33,199 nucleotides of DNA. It comes from an archaeon (GTDB taxonomy: Archaea > EX4484-52 > B79-G9). Position 1 is the stretch's first letter, and each line of letters starts with the position of its first letter. Below are positions 24,236 through 33,199 of the stretch, in pieces. Made by a program: the position numbers and the translations under genes. Below the pieces are notes generated by a model. The model ran no database searches, was not told where the DNA came from, and saw only the letters and a program-made list of their open reading frames with translations. The DNA is taken from positions 1 through 33,199 of the forward strand of contig JBDRKP010000069.1 in NCBI GenBank assembly GCA_043813875.1, in the 5' to 3' direction.

Positions 24236-25513
24236 ATGGTTGTGAAACCGCCTGTATCTGTCAAAAAAACGAAGTTCAAGTTCGCGCATCTGGCTGACTG
24301 CCATCTCGACTCGTGGAGGGAGCCGGAGCTCAAGAAAGTGAATCTTGATGCGTTTCTTTCTGCGCTTGATATCTGCAAGAGCGAGAATGTGGATTTCGTC
24401 CTTATCGCAGGGGACATATTCCATGCAAGCACTCCTGAGCTTGATATTCTTCGGACTGCGGTTGCCAAGCTGAAGGAACTCAAGGACGCAGGCATCAGGA
24501 TATATATCATCCCGGGATCGCATGATTTCTCTTATTCTGAGAAGACGATGCTACGCGTGCTTGAGGCTGCCGGCCTGTTTGTCAATGTGAGCCGCGGCAA
24601 TGTGGATGAGGAGGGGAAGATCAGGCTTGAGTTCACTGTGGATGATAAGACCGGAGCGAAGATCACCGGGCTGCTTGGGCGGGCGGGTTCGCTTGAGATG
24701 GAGTATTATGAGAATCTTGATTTTGGCGCTGCCGAGAAAGAGGAGGGTTTCAAGATATTCATGTTCCATTCGGCAATCGAGGAGTACAAGCCGGAATTCC
24801 TGAAGAATATCTCCTCGCTGCCTCTGTCGCTTTTGCCTAAAGGATTTGATTATTATGCCGGGGGGCATGTGCATGAGCGTTTCGAGAAGGATGAGTTGGG
24901 CTATGGCAGGATAGCTTTCCCGGGGGCGCTTTACCCGGTCAAGTTCGACGAGCTTGAGAAGTATAAGGCAGGCGGGTTTTTTATTGTCGAGTTCGACGGG
25001 CAGATTAGATCGAAGTTCGTCAGGATGGAGCCGCACAGGGTTGTCGCTTTCAAACTGAATCTTGAAGGGCTGACGCCACAGAGCGCTGAGCAGAGGATTA
25101 TGGATGCGCTGAAGAAAGAAATAATGACTGATGCGATTGTGCTTCTTCGCCTGAACGGCACTCTTGCAAGCGGCAAGCCGACTGATATCGACATGAATTC
25201 TGTCGCGGAGTATGTGAAAAAGGAGGGCGCCCTGATCTTCAAGCGCTCAACTGTGAAACTTTCTTCCAAAGAGTTTGAGGAGGTCTCTATAGAGGCGAAG
25301 GGCGATATAAGGCAGATTGAGGCGGACCTTATCCGGGAACACATCGGCAAGATTAAGATCAAGACTGAGGATGAAAAGAAACTGACGACCGATCTGATGA
25401 GTGCCCTTGATAATCTTAAAGAGGAACAGGAGACAATCGATCATTATAATGAACGGGTTCTTGAAATTTCTAAAAAGGTCCTGAAAATCGCTGATTTCGG
25501 CAAAGGAAGCTGA
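24236..25513 (+). CDS. mre11: Mre11/SbcD-family DNA repair nuclease
   Basis: HLADCHL, IAGDIFH, IPGSHD, FMFHS, YAGGHVH, FPGAL phosphoesterase motifs plus capping domain. Confidence 0.9.
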   Translation: MVVKPPVSVKKTKFKFAHLADCHLDSWREPELKKVNLDAFLSALDICKSENVDFVLIAGDIFHASTPELDILRTAVAKLKELKDAGIRIYIIPGSHDFSYSEKTMLRVLEAAGLFVNVSRGNVDEEGKIRLEFTVDDKTGAKITGLLGRAGSLEMEYYENLDFGAAEKEEGFKIFMFHSAIEEYKPEFLKNISSLPLSLLPKGFDYYAGGHVHERFEKDELGYGRIAFPGALYPVKFDELEKYKAGGFFIVEFDGQIRSKFVRMEPHRVVAFKLNLEGLTPQSAEQRIMDALKKEIMTDAIVLLRLNGTLASGKPTDIDMNSVAEYVKKEGALIFKRSTVKLSSKEFEEVSIEAKGDIRQIEADLIREHIGKIKIKTEDEKKLTTDLMSALDNLKEEQETIDHYNERVLEISKKVLKIADFGKGS

Positions 25514-25607
25514 AAAGGAAGAGCATTTATATAAAAAGAGGAATCCAATATATACATGTAAATACATCATATGCGCATGGAGTTTATAAAAAAGGAGTGG
25601 TGGTTGA

Positions 25608-25964
25608 ATGGCAACAAAAAAAAAGGAAACAGCAGAAAAACCTGCTGATAATGCAGTGATGAATGTCATCAGGAAGATAGGGCTTCTTGGCGTAGGTATC
25701 GCATCTTTGACAAAAGAGAAGGCTGAGAAGATAACATCAGATCTTGTGAAGAAAGGCAATATCACGCAGGAAGAGGGTCGCAAGCTGACCAAGGAACTTA
25801 TAGATAAATCTATAGCTACCAAAAGGGATCTTGAGAAAAAGGTCGATACAGAGCTTAAAAAGGCTATGAATTCCGCCAGGTTCGCAAAAGAATCAGATAT
25901 GAAAAAGCTTGAGAAAAAGGTCGCCGAACTTGAGAAAAGGGTAGGCGCGGCAAAGAAGAAATAG
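25608..25964 (+). CDS. Phasin-family (PhaF/PhaI-like) protein
   Basis: RKIGLLGVGIASLTKEKAEKITSDLVKKGNITQEEG...FAKESDMKKLEKKVAELE. Upstream TATA tttatataaaa and AGGAG RBS. Confidence 0.8.
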   Translation: MATKKKETAEKPADNAVMNVIRKIGLLGVGIASLTKEKAEKITSDLVKKGNITQEEGRKLTKELIDKSIATKRDLEKKVDTELKKAMNSARFAKESDMKKLEKKVAELEKRVGAAKKK

Positions 25965-25973
25965 TAAATCCAC

Positions 25974-26007
25974 GATGGGTCCGAGGGGGCTCATCTCTTA
26001 TTTTTTT
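25974..26007 (+). terminator. Hairpin + U-tract between phasin and ubiB-like gene
   Basis: gatgggtcc-gagg-gggctcatc (9-bp stem with two G.U pairs), then tcttattttttt. Confidence 0.6.
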
Positions 26008-26037
26008 ATTCTGGGATATATGCAGGCAGGTCTAATC

Positions 26038-27693
26038 ATGATGTTCAAGCGCCCTTATAAGAGATACAGGCAGATCTTTGAGATTCTTGTAAAGTACGGA
26101 TTTGAGGATATCGTGGCTTCACTCAATCTCAAGGAGACTTCCTACTTAAGAAAGCGTTTTGAAAAGCCAGAGCATAAGGCCCTTGCAAAGCTTCCTATCG
26201 AGGTCCGCGTGAGGATGATACTTGAGGAACTCGGGCCAACTTTCATCAAATTCGGCCAGATACTAAGCACCAGGCCGGACCTTATACCTGCCACCTATGG
26301 AGCGGAACTGGAGAAACTACAGGACAGCGTGCCTAAGATACCATATGATGTCATAAAGGATGTGATCGAGCAGGAGACAGGCAGGAAGATCGAGGAGATG
26401 TTTTCTTCTCTTGAGAAAGAGCCGATAGCATCTGCTTCCATCGGGCAGGTGCATGCGGCGAAACTGAAGAACGGGAGAAAGGTTGTCGTCAAGGTACAGA
26501 AGCCGAATATCGAGAAGACAATCGAGAATGACATAAAGATCCTCTACGATATCGCCGACCTTCTTGAGACCTATGTCCCGGAATCCAAGCAGCTCGAGCC
26601 GAAACGGATTGTCTCCGAGTTCGCAAAGACCATCAGGAGGGAGCAGAACTACAGGCGAGAGGCGCGCAATGCCACGCGTTTCCGGCAGAATTTCATCGGC
26701 GATGATACTTTCTATGTGCCTTTGGTGTACTGGGAATATAACACAAAAAAAGTCCTTGTCCTTGAATATATAGATGGCAAAAGATTCAATGATTACCTCA
26801 GGTCTAAGCCGCCTGTCGAAAATAAAAAAGTGCTTGCCAAGAGAATAAATGACATCTACATGAAGATGATACTTGAATACGGGTTCTTCCATGCGGATCC
26901 GCATCCCGGGAATGTCCTCATACAGAAGGACAATGTAGTCAGCCTTGTGGATTATGGGATGATAGGCTACATAGACAAGGATTTCAGGAACATGCTTGTC
27001 AACCTGATGCATGCGCTTTCAAGACAGGATACAGAGAAGACCATAGAACTCTTCATGGATATCGGGATTCTTTCTGATGATACAGACGTGAGGCAATTCA
27101 AGAATGATTTCTATGAAGTGCTCCATGAATACTACAACACGGAACTCAAAGAAGTACATGTGTCAGAGATGTTCCATGACATACTCGAAGTGGTGAGAGT
27201 ACATAAAGTGCGGCTCCCCCCTAATTTCATCTATCTCGTCAAGGTCATCGGAGAGATCGAGAACCTGTGCCAGCAGCTTGATCCGCACTTCAACCTGACG
27301 CAGCATATGACGCCGTTCCTTACGAAAATCCTAAAGGAACAGATGGACCCGAAATATCTTGTGAAGAACATACAGGACGGGCTGGTATCGTTCAATGATT
27401 TCATCTGGAAGACTCCGAGAAGAATCAATAGTATCTTCGATAAGCTGGAGCATGGCAAGCTGAAGATCGAGTTCGAGCACGTGGGTCTTGACAAGACAAA
27501 CATGCATATCGAAAATGCGTCGAACAAGATCACGTTCGCGCTTGTTATTGCCGCAATTATTATCAGCTCATCGCTCCTGATACAATCTGACAGCGGAATC
27601 ATCGTGTCTTTTCTTGGCGTCATGGGTTATGTTTTCGCTGCCATACTGGGATTCTGGCTTGCGATTACGATTGTAAGAAGCGGAAAGATTTGA
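26038..27693 (+). CDS. ABC1/UbiB (AarF) family atypical kinase with C-terminal TM helices
   Basis: LEELGPTFIKFGQILSTRPDL, PIASASIGQVH, VVKVQKP, GFFHADPHPGN, VDYGMIG, two C-terminal hydrophobic segments. Confidence 0.93.
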   Translation: MMFKRPYKRYRQIFEILVKYGFEDIVASLNLKETSYLRKRFEKPEHKALAKLPIEVRVRMILEELGPTFIKFGQILSTRPDLIPATYGAELEKLQDSVPKIPYDVIKDVIEQETGRKIEEMFSSLEKEPIASASIGQVHAAKLKNGRKVVVKVQKPNIEKTIENDIKILYDIADLLETYVPESKQLEPKRIVSEFAKTIRREQNYRREARNATRFRQNFIGDDTFYVPLVYWEYNTKKVLVLEYIDGKRFNDYLRSKPPVENKKVLAKRINDIYMKMILEYGFFHADPHPGNVLIQKDNVVSLVDYGMIGYIDKDFRNMLVNLMHALSRQDTEKTIELFMDIGILSDDTDVRQFKNDFYEVLHEYYNTELKEVHVSEMFHDILEVVRVHKVRLPPNFIYLVKVIGEIENLCQQLDPHFNLTQHMTPFLTKILKEQMDPKYLVKNIQDGLVSFNDFIWKTPRRINSIFDKLEHGKLKIEFEHVGLDKTNMHIENASNKITFALVIAAIIISSSLLIQSDSGIIVSFLGVMGYVFAAILGFWLAITIVRSGKI

Positions 27694-27717
27694 AGATCTT
27701 GCTTTCATGGCGACACA

Positions 27718-28221
27718 TCATCCATCATAGGGTATATTGTATTTTTCGCATGCATCAAGGATTTCATTTGGCACTCCTTCTTTTGAATTTTCTACAAATT
27801 CGGCCACATATCTTTTGACAATTTCTTCAGGCATGCTTTTTTCAAGAGATAGAAATCGGTTCATGTATTTATAATCGTCATCTTTATCTGGTTTGATTTC
27901 CAGTGTTTTTATTATGTCGCAGCAGCGTTCCTTCACTTCAGGGGTGTCGTCATGTGCATAAAAGGATATACGTTCCACAGCCCGATCATTATTTTTAAGG
28001 AAATCAACAAGATAAATTACGGCATATGCAGTAAACCTGTCGTTATGTTTCTTATTCTTTTTCAGATATCTGCAATTGAGGGCTGATGCGAAATATGCAT
28101 CTATGTCATCGAATCCTATTGTTTCTGCTGTAAAAACAAAATCTTTGGCCCAGTCATATTCATCGCGGGGACATTTATCAAAATGCTTCACGATATCAAA
28201 ATATAAATTACTCCGACCCAT
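27718..28221 (-). CDS. Hypothetical protein (167 aa)
   Basis: AT-rich ORF filling the gap between ubiB-like and rad50. No motif. Confidence 0.65.
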   Translation of the reverse strand: MGRSNLYFDIVKHFDKCPRDEYDWAKDFVFTAETIGFDDIDAYFASALNCRYLKKNKKHNDRFTAYAVIYLVDFLKNNDRAVERISFYAHDDTPEVKERCCDIIKTLEIKPDKDDDYKYMNRFLSLEKSMPEEIVKRYVAEFVENSKEGVPNEILDACEKYNIPYDG

Positions 28222-28370
28222 ATTATCACTTGATAGTAAAATACAGAATCCTTATATTTCTTTCTTTTTTGACGAATTGTTTTTGTATCAATAATAGATT
28301 TCTCTCAAGATTTTTAGAGGGAGGTCAATCATCATAACTATTTTTATTGATTTACATCCAACTTGAATCT

Positions 28371-30437
28371 ATGTTCCTGAAATCGCTTGCTTTGAAGAAT
28401 ATCCGAAGTTATATTGATGAAAGAATAGAGTTCCCTTCAGGCTCGCTTCTTATCGCAGGCGATATCGGCTCTGGAAAGTCTACGATTCTTCTTGCGATTG
28501 ATTTTGCGCTTTTCGGCGCACGTCCCAACGAGCTTCCTGCGTCTTCGCTTCTGAGAAACGGCGCAAAGAGGGGCGAGGTTGTGCTGGAGTTCACTATCGA
28601 CGGCAAAGAGGTGGAGATCAAACGGGTGCTTGAGAAAAAGGCGAATTCGGTTGCGCAGACTGCAGGGTATATCGCTATCAATGGCACACGAAAGGATCTC
28701 ATGTCCATGGGACTGAAATCGATTGTCTTTGAGCTTCTGGGCTACCCGGCGGCTGATATCAAGGCAGGCAAGTCGCTTATATACAGGTATACTGTCTATA
28801 CGCCGCAGGAGCAGATGAAGCAGATTCTTATGATGAAGGCGGATGAGCGGCTGAATACGATAAGATCGATATTCAATATCGACAAATACAAGCGCATCCG
28901 CGAGAATGCAAAGGCAGTGTCTCGCGAACTCAAAAAGACTGCAAGCCATCTTGAGGGTATCGCTTATGACCTCAAGGAAAAACAGGAAAAAAGAGCGCTG
29001 CTCGAATCACAGATGAAGAGCATGCTTGATGACCTGAAAAAGAAAGAAACAGTGCATGCGAAAATAAAGGGCAATCTTGAGAACAAGAAGAAAGAGAAGG
29101 CAGCGATACAGGATGCGATGAAAAAGCTGGTCACTTTGATGAGGGAGGCGTCTATCAAAAAGACGAGGCTTGAGAGCGATGAGAAAATGCATCAATCCTA
29201 CAGGACAGAGATAGATGATGCCGCAAAGAGGGTAGAGAAGATGCAGGCTGAGAATGATTTTGAGCAGAAGATCAGGGACCTTGAAAAGGAGATTGGCGAA
29301 CTGGCAATGCTAAAAGAGAAGGCAGCGAAGGCGGATGATGATATCAGGCATATCGAGCAGAAGATGACCGAGTCCTATACGCGAAAAAATACGAGTGATG
29401 AAATCATCAGGAACATACTTGCGCTGTCTGAATGCCCGACATGCAAGCAGCAGGTGCCGGACCAGCACAAGGAACGGATAAGAGAGACAGAGACGAAGAA
29501 GGCAGAGAATTTCGAGAAGATTATCGCGCTGCATAAGAAGACTTTAGATGAGCTTCGCGCCGGGCAGAAAGACATCAGGCTGAAAGTGGACGCCATACAT
29601 GATAAAGAAAAGGTTCTTGTGAGGCTGAGGAGCGATTTTCGGGCTTTCAATGAGATAAAGGATGGAATAGAGAAGAAGAATCTCAAGGCAAAAGAGCTTC
29701 TTGAGTCTATCGGCTTGCTTAAGACGGCAATCATCGGCATTGAAAAAGATATCGAGCCGCTGAAGGATACAGAAGAGAGATCAGAAAGAATAGAAAAGGA
29801 GTTTGAGATACTTAACGGGGAATATACGATAACGCTTGCGCAGCTTGAGAAGGCAAGGCAGCAGGTATCGAGCGCTGACGCTGAAAAATCAGCTCTTGAA
29901 AAGGAGATCACTCTTAAGATGAAAGCAAAGGAAGAGTCTGTCGCCCTCAACGAGATCACTGACTGGATGAAGGAGTACTTCCTGCAGTTGATGGAGAATA
30001 TGGAAAAGCACATAATGCTGAGCATCCTGCATGATTTTGATATGCTGTTTAGGGAATGGTTCAATATGCTTATAGATGATGATACGCTGCAGGCAAGGAT
30101 CGATCAGGAATTCACGCCGGTCATCGAGCAGAATGCTTACGAGACGTCTTACAATTACCTGTCCGGCGGGGAGAAGACGTCTATCGCTCTTGCTTACAGG
30201 CTTGCGCTGAACAAGGTCATCAACAATATGTCAGAAGAGATAAAGACCAAGAATCTCCTGATCCTTGATGAGCCGACTGACGGGTTTTCAAGCGAGCAGC
30301 TTGATAAGGTGAGGGATGTGCTTATTGAGCTTAATCTTGCGCAGACTATCATCGTGTCGCATGAAGAAAAAATAGAGGGTTTTGTGGAGAAGACCATAAG
30401 GGTCGAAAAAAAAGAGCATGTGAGCCATATAGTCTGA
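28371..30437 (+). CDS. rad50: Rad50/SbcC-family SMC-like ATPase
   Basis: LKNIRSY, GDIGSGKST Walker A, YTPQE Q-loop, coiled coils with central CPTC zinc hook, LSGGE signature, ILDEPT, VSHE. Confidence 0.92.
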   Translation: MFLKSLALKNIRSYIDERIEFPSGSLLIAGDIGSGKSTILLAIDFALFGARPNELPASSLLRNGAKRGEVVLEFTIDGKEVEIKRVLEKKANSVAQTAGYIAINGTRKDLMSMGLKSIVFELLGYPAADIKAGKSLIYRYTVYTPQEQMKQILMMKADERLNTIRSIFNIDKYKRIRENAKAVSRELKKTASHLEGIAYDLKEKQEKRALLESQMKSMLDDLKKKETVHAKIKGNLENKKKEKAAIQDAMKKLVTLMREASIKKTRLESDEKMHQSYRTEIDDAAKRVEKMQAENDFEQKIRDLEKEIGELAMLKEKAAKADDDIRHIEQKMTESYTRKNTSDEIIRNILALSECPTCKQQVPDQHKERIRETETKKAENFEKIIALHKKTLDELRAGQKDIRLKVDAIHDKEKVLVRLRSDFRAFNEIKDGIEKKNLKAKELLESIGLLKTAIIGIEKDIEPLKDTEERSERIEKEFEILNGEYTITLAQLEKARQQVSSADAEKSALEKEITLKMKAKEESVALNEITDWMKEYFLQLMENMEKHIMLSILHDFDMLFREWFNMLIDDDTLQARIDQEFTPVIEQNAYETSYNYLSGGEKTSIALAYRLALNKVINNMSEEIKTKNLLILDEPTDGFSSEQLDKVRDVLIELNLAQTIIVSHEEKIEGFVEKTIRVEKKEHVSHIV

Positions 30438-30456
30438 TTGCGCACAACATCATAGT

Positions 30457-30727
30457 TGAAGACATAACTTTTGAAACAATGTCTTCACCATATCCTTAAA
30501 ATCGCCTTGCGATTTTAGGATTGCGGAATTGTGACCCAATTCCTAATTTCGCAATAAGCAATTCAGGATGAATTGCGAAATTTCGAAAATTTATTCTAAA
30601 TTTTCAATTTTCGAAATTCGAAATAGGTTTACATTTCGAAAATCCAGCAAACTGAAAGTTTGCCCGGATAGATTAACGTCTTTTGGTTTTTGGTTAAGTT
30701 TGCCCATTTCATAACGACGTTAACTAT
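30457..30727. repeat. Intergenic chain of about eight abutting/overlapping hairpins
   Basis: tgaagacat/atgtcttca; taaaatcgc-ctt-gcgatttta; ggaattg-N5-caattcc; aatttcgcaat/attgcgaaatt; gcaattca-gga-tgaattgc; gaaaattta-ttc-taaattttc; ttcgaaat-N8-atttcgaa; gcaaact-gaa-agtttgc; ttaacgtc/gacgttaa. Confidence 0.88.
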
Positions 30728-30789
30728 AATAAAATTTGTATCAATATAACATCATAAGGCTTAATGCCATAATTTGTGTGGGTGACATA

Positions 30790-31386
30790 ATGAAGTATGC
30801 AAAAAGTACGGTCAATGAGATTATCGAGCATATCAAAAAAGTGACAGAAGAAGTTGATGTTGATAAAGTAAGGGCCATAATGAATGAGCTTCTTTCGGCT
30901 AAACGGGTTTTTGTCTATGGTATGGGCCGGTCGGGGCTGATTGCACAGGCTTTTGCCATGAGGCTTGCGAACCTGAATTTCCAGGTGCATATCGTTGGGG
31001 GCGTGACGACGCCGGCCATCCATAAGGATGATTTCCTGTTTCTTATTTCAGGTTCCGGCAATACGAGATCTGTCGTGATGGCTGCTGAAATCGCCAAGGA
31101 GAAGGGCGCGAGGGTCGGTGCTTTGACTTCCAACCCGAAATCCGAGATCGCAAAGCTTGCTGATGCTTTTGTTATCGTAAAAGGCAGGACCAAGGAGCAT
31201 GTAGAGGATCTTAAGAAAGAGTATCTTGTGAACCAGCTTAGAGGGCAGCATGTGCCTTATTCGCCGCTTGGCACGCTTTTCGAGGATACCTGCCTGATAC
31301 TTCTTGATGCGGCAATCGTGCAAATCATGCATGAGAAGGGCATCTCTGAGAAAGAGATGAAAGACCGCCATACAAACATTGAGTGA
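30790..31386 (+). CDS. hxlB: 6-phospho-3-hexuloisomerase (SIS domain)
   Basis: GGTGA RBS before ATG 30790; RVFVYGMGRSGLIAQAFAMRL, TTPAI, ISGSGNT, PLGTLFE, HTNIE C-terminus. Confidence 0.92.
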   Translation: MKYAKSTVNEIIEHIKKVTEEVDVDKVRAIMNELLSAKRVFVYGMGRSGLIAQAFAMRLANLNFQVHIVGGVTTPAIHKDDFLFLISGSGNTRSVVMAAEIAKEKGARVGALTSNPKSEIAKLADAFVIVKGRTKEHVEDLKKEYLVNQLRGQHVPYSPLGTLFEDTCLILLDAAIVQIMHEKGISEKEMKDRHTNIE

Positions 31387-32312
31387 TGGTCATCATGTAT
31401 GTAATACCTACGACTAAGGCAGAGCATATCGCACGGATACTCCAGAAGAAGGGTATGAATGTCATTTTTGCGTCAAAGAACAAGGATGATAAGAGCCAGT
31501 TTCCTGACGGCGAGCTTTATACAAGGATCAAGGAAGTAGAGAGATTGGCCGGGGAGCGCGTCGTGGTGCTGCATTCGGGGCAGCCTGATCCGAATTCCGG
31601 TCTTGTTGAGCTGTATAATGTCCTTGAGATACTGAATAATCCTGTCGCTTCGGCTCACATCAAGGATAAGGAATATTCATACAGGCAGCTGAAGAAGCCA
31701 GCGTCTGTAGAGGTGTTTTTTCTTTATTTCCCGTACGGGATGCAGGATAAGGTTTTCGATACCGGTGAGTGCAATATGGCTGAGTCTATTGTCAGGAAGC
31801 TTGTCTCCTATTATAATGTGAGTAAGATATATGCTCTTGATCCTCATTTTGAGGGGGCGATATGGGCGAAGAAGTATCCGATTTCTGTCGTGAAGGCTGT
31901 TGATGCGATAAATGATGCGCTCCTTGCTGACGGTGTGACTGATGCGGTGAAGGTCGCGCCTGATCTCGGGTCGCAGTCGCGGCTTGATATCGGCGGGTTC
32001 TTAAAGAAGAGGATGAATTCGTTTGATGTTGAGCTGTCTAATGATTCGACGCTTGAGGATAAGGTGAAGGGGAAGACTGCCGTCGTGTGGGATGATCTCA
32101 TCGAGACTGGCGGCACGATGTCGAAGGCGGGGAAGGCGCTTTCTCTTATGGGGGCGAAGAAGGTTGTCGCTGTCGCCACTCACGGGGTGCTTGAGCGGGG
32201 CATAAAGAGGATAATGGAGTCATATTCAAAGCTTTATCTTACGAATTCGATTGATGGGCACCAGGCGAATGTCGATGTTAGCGGGATTGTCATGAAGGCA
32301 ATTTCAGAGTGA
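31383..32312 (+). CDS. prs: Ribose-phosphate pyrophosphokinase (divergent)
   Basis: FPDGELYTRI, YFPYGMQDK.F..GE, LDPH, APDLG, KKR, WDDLIETGGTM, ATHG, TNSI. Confidence 0.88.
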   Translation: MMVIMYVIPTTKAEHIARILQKKGMNVIFASKNKDDKSQFPDGELYTRIKEVERLAGERVVVLHSGQPDPNSGLVELYNVLEILNNPVASAHIKDKEYSYRQLKKPASVEVFFLYFPYGMQDKVFDTGECNMAESIVRKLVSYYNVSKIYALDPHFEGAIWAKKYPISVVKAVDAINDALLADGVTDAVKVAPDLGSQSRLDIGGFLKKRMNSFDVELSNDSTLEDKVKGKTAVVWDDLIETGGTMSKAGKALSLMGAKKVVAVATHGVLERGIKRIMESYSKLYLTNSIDGHQANVDVSGIVMKAISE

Positions 32313-32350
32313 TGGTTTTTTTGGGGGTGTGATGTGACTATTTTTTGAAG

Positions 32351-32962
32351 TCAATGAAGCCCTCTTGTGATTGGCAATTCAAGTTGATGATCTCTGCAAT
32401 AAATTTTCGTAGTTGTATGTGTTTTTTCTCTTTCTGGTGTTGGAAATATAACAACATCATCTCCTAAAACTTCCTTTAGATAAACAGGAAGATCTTTTCC
32501 ACTTAATCGCACATGACTTATAGCAACATCAAATGATAAAATTGAACCTTCATCCATCTGATTATACCAGTTTTGCACTGCTTCTGCTCCTTTTCTAAGA
32601 TATGTTTGGATATAGTCAAGTCCTTGTAAACAAGTAACTACGTCGAGTTGATAGGGGAGTTTATAAGATACAGCATCCCCATATTCTATACCTTGCTTTC
32701 TAACATCTAAGTCTACACCATGAGCTTGAACTCTATCAACAATATCTGGTACTTGAACAAGAAGCTCATCTCTTGCACAAAAATTTCCGCAACATAAATC
32801 ATACCAAACGAATTTACCTCGTCTTCCAACTGATTGACGTGCCATTTCAACAAGATTCAAACCTAACTGACGATTATAATCATCTAATCCCCTTTCTCTA
32901 TACATACCTCTAGCTTTGAGTGTTTTTTCAAGGTCATTATTGCCGAAAGTATTAATCACCAT
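32351..32962 (-). CDS. Class I SAM-dependent methyltransferase-like protein
   Basis: WYDLCCGN motif I-like, AHGVDL, YGDA, LDVVTCLQGLDY. AT-rich relative to neighbours. Confidence 0.65.
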   Translation of the reverse strand: MVINTFGNNDLEKTLKARGMYRERGLDDYNRQLGLNLVEMARQSVGRRGKFVWYDLCCGNFCARDELLVQVPDIVDRVQAHGVDLDVRKQGIEYGDAVSYKLPYQLDVVTCLQGLDYIQTYLRKGAEAVQNWYNQMDEGSILSFDVAISHVRLSGKDLPVYLKEVLGDDVVIFPTPEREKTHTTTKIYCRDHQLELPITRGLH

Positions 32963-33199
32963 AAAATAAATACAACATCCGAATTTTATAAATCATTCGT
33001 TTGTATTTCATAATGTGTTATTAAAATAAAATTGCCTGATAAACTCAAAAGCCAAAAAGGGGTATGCCAAAAATTTCCGTGATAGTGTGTCTTTTTTGAA
33101 GCACCTAAATTGATATTTTATGCGTTAAAACGCACGCATTAAACCACGAATGCATTGGAAACAAAGGTTGCGAGACTGAGCGATCATCACGTAAAAAAT

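Noticed and set aside
77..32183. Numerous 60-230 aa antisense or alternate-frame ORFs in the ORF track (e.g. 14086..14598, 26317..27012, 29375..30064)
   Set aside because: They lie within well-supported genes on the other strand or frame and carry no recognisable motifs.
33040..33199. Third hairpin tract at the window end (tgcgtt-aa-aacgca, gcatt/aatgc, cgtgat/atcacg)
   Set aside because: Stems are only 5-6 bp and the region is cut by the window edge, so it cannot be distinguished from chance.

Overview
Archaeal chromosomal window: archaeal TATA boxes and GGAGGTGA/GGTGA ribosome-binding sites, Mre11/Rad50, archaeal-type ThyA and an MtrH homologue. A DPANN-like lineage is my inference only. 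The first ~10.8 kb is an accessory defence/DNA-processing hotspot. It holds a 5'-truncated beta-class DNA methyltransferase, an AT-rich putative PD-(D/E)XK nuclease, a UvrD-type helicase fused to an Fe-S PD-(D/E)XK nuclease, BRO-N and DUF1016 pseudogenes, an AlbA_2/HATPase/wHTH protein and hypotheticals. It appears built by serial insertions: three diverged direct repeats (MTase 3' end, helicase 3' end, a 69-bp palindrome+promoter unit) each bracket a cargo block, and no integrase or transposase is in the window. The rest is mostly housekeeping/metabolic: PDZ-less HtrA-like protease, secreted protein / membrane protein / wHTH module, pckA + aminotransferase, mntP, stand-alone mtrH-like + thyA, EamA, gatA, FG-GAP repeat protein, mre11, phasin + UbiB kinase, rad50, hexulose-phosphate isomerase + prs. 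The most unusual non-coding signals are two intergenic tracts made almost wholly of abutting hairpins (17511-17692, 30457-30727), a 54-bp hairpin insert inside the BRO-N gene, and 7-5-7 palindromes inside the BRO-N and DUF1016 coding sequences. All alignments and counts were done by eye; no database searches were run.
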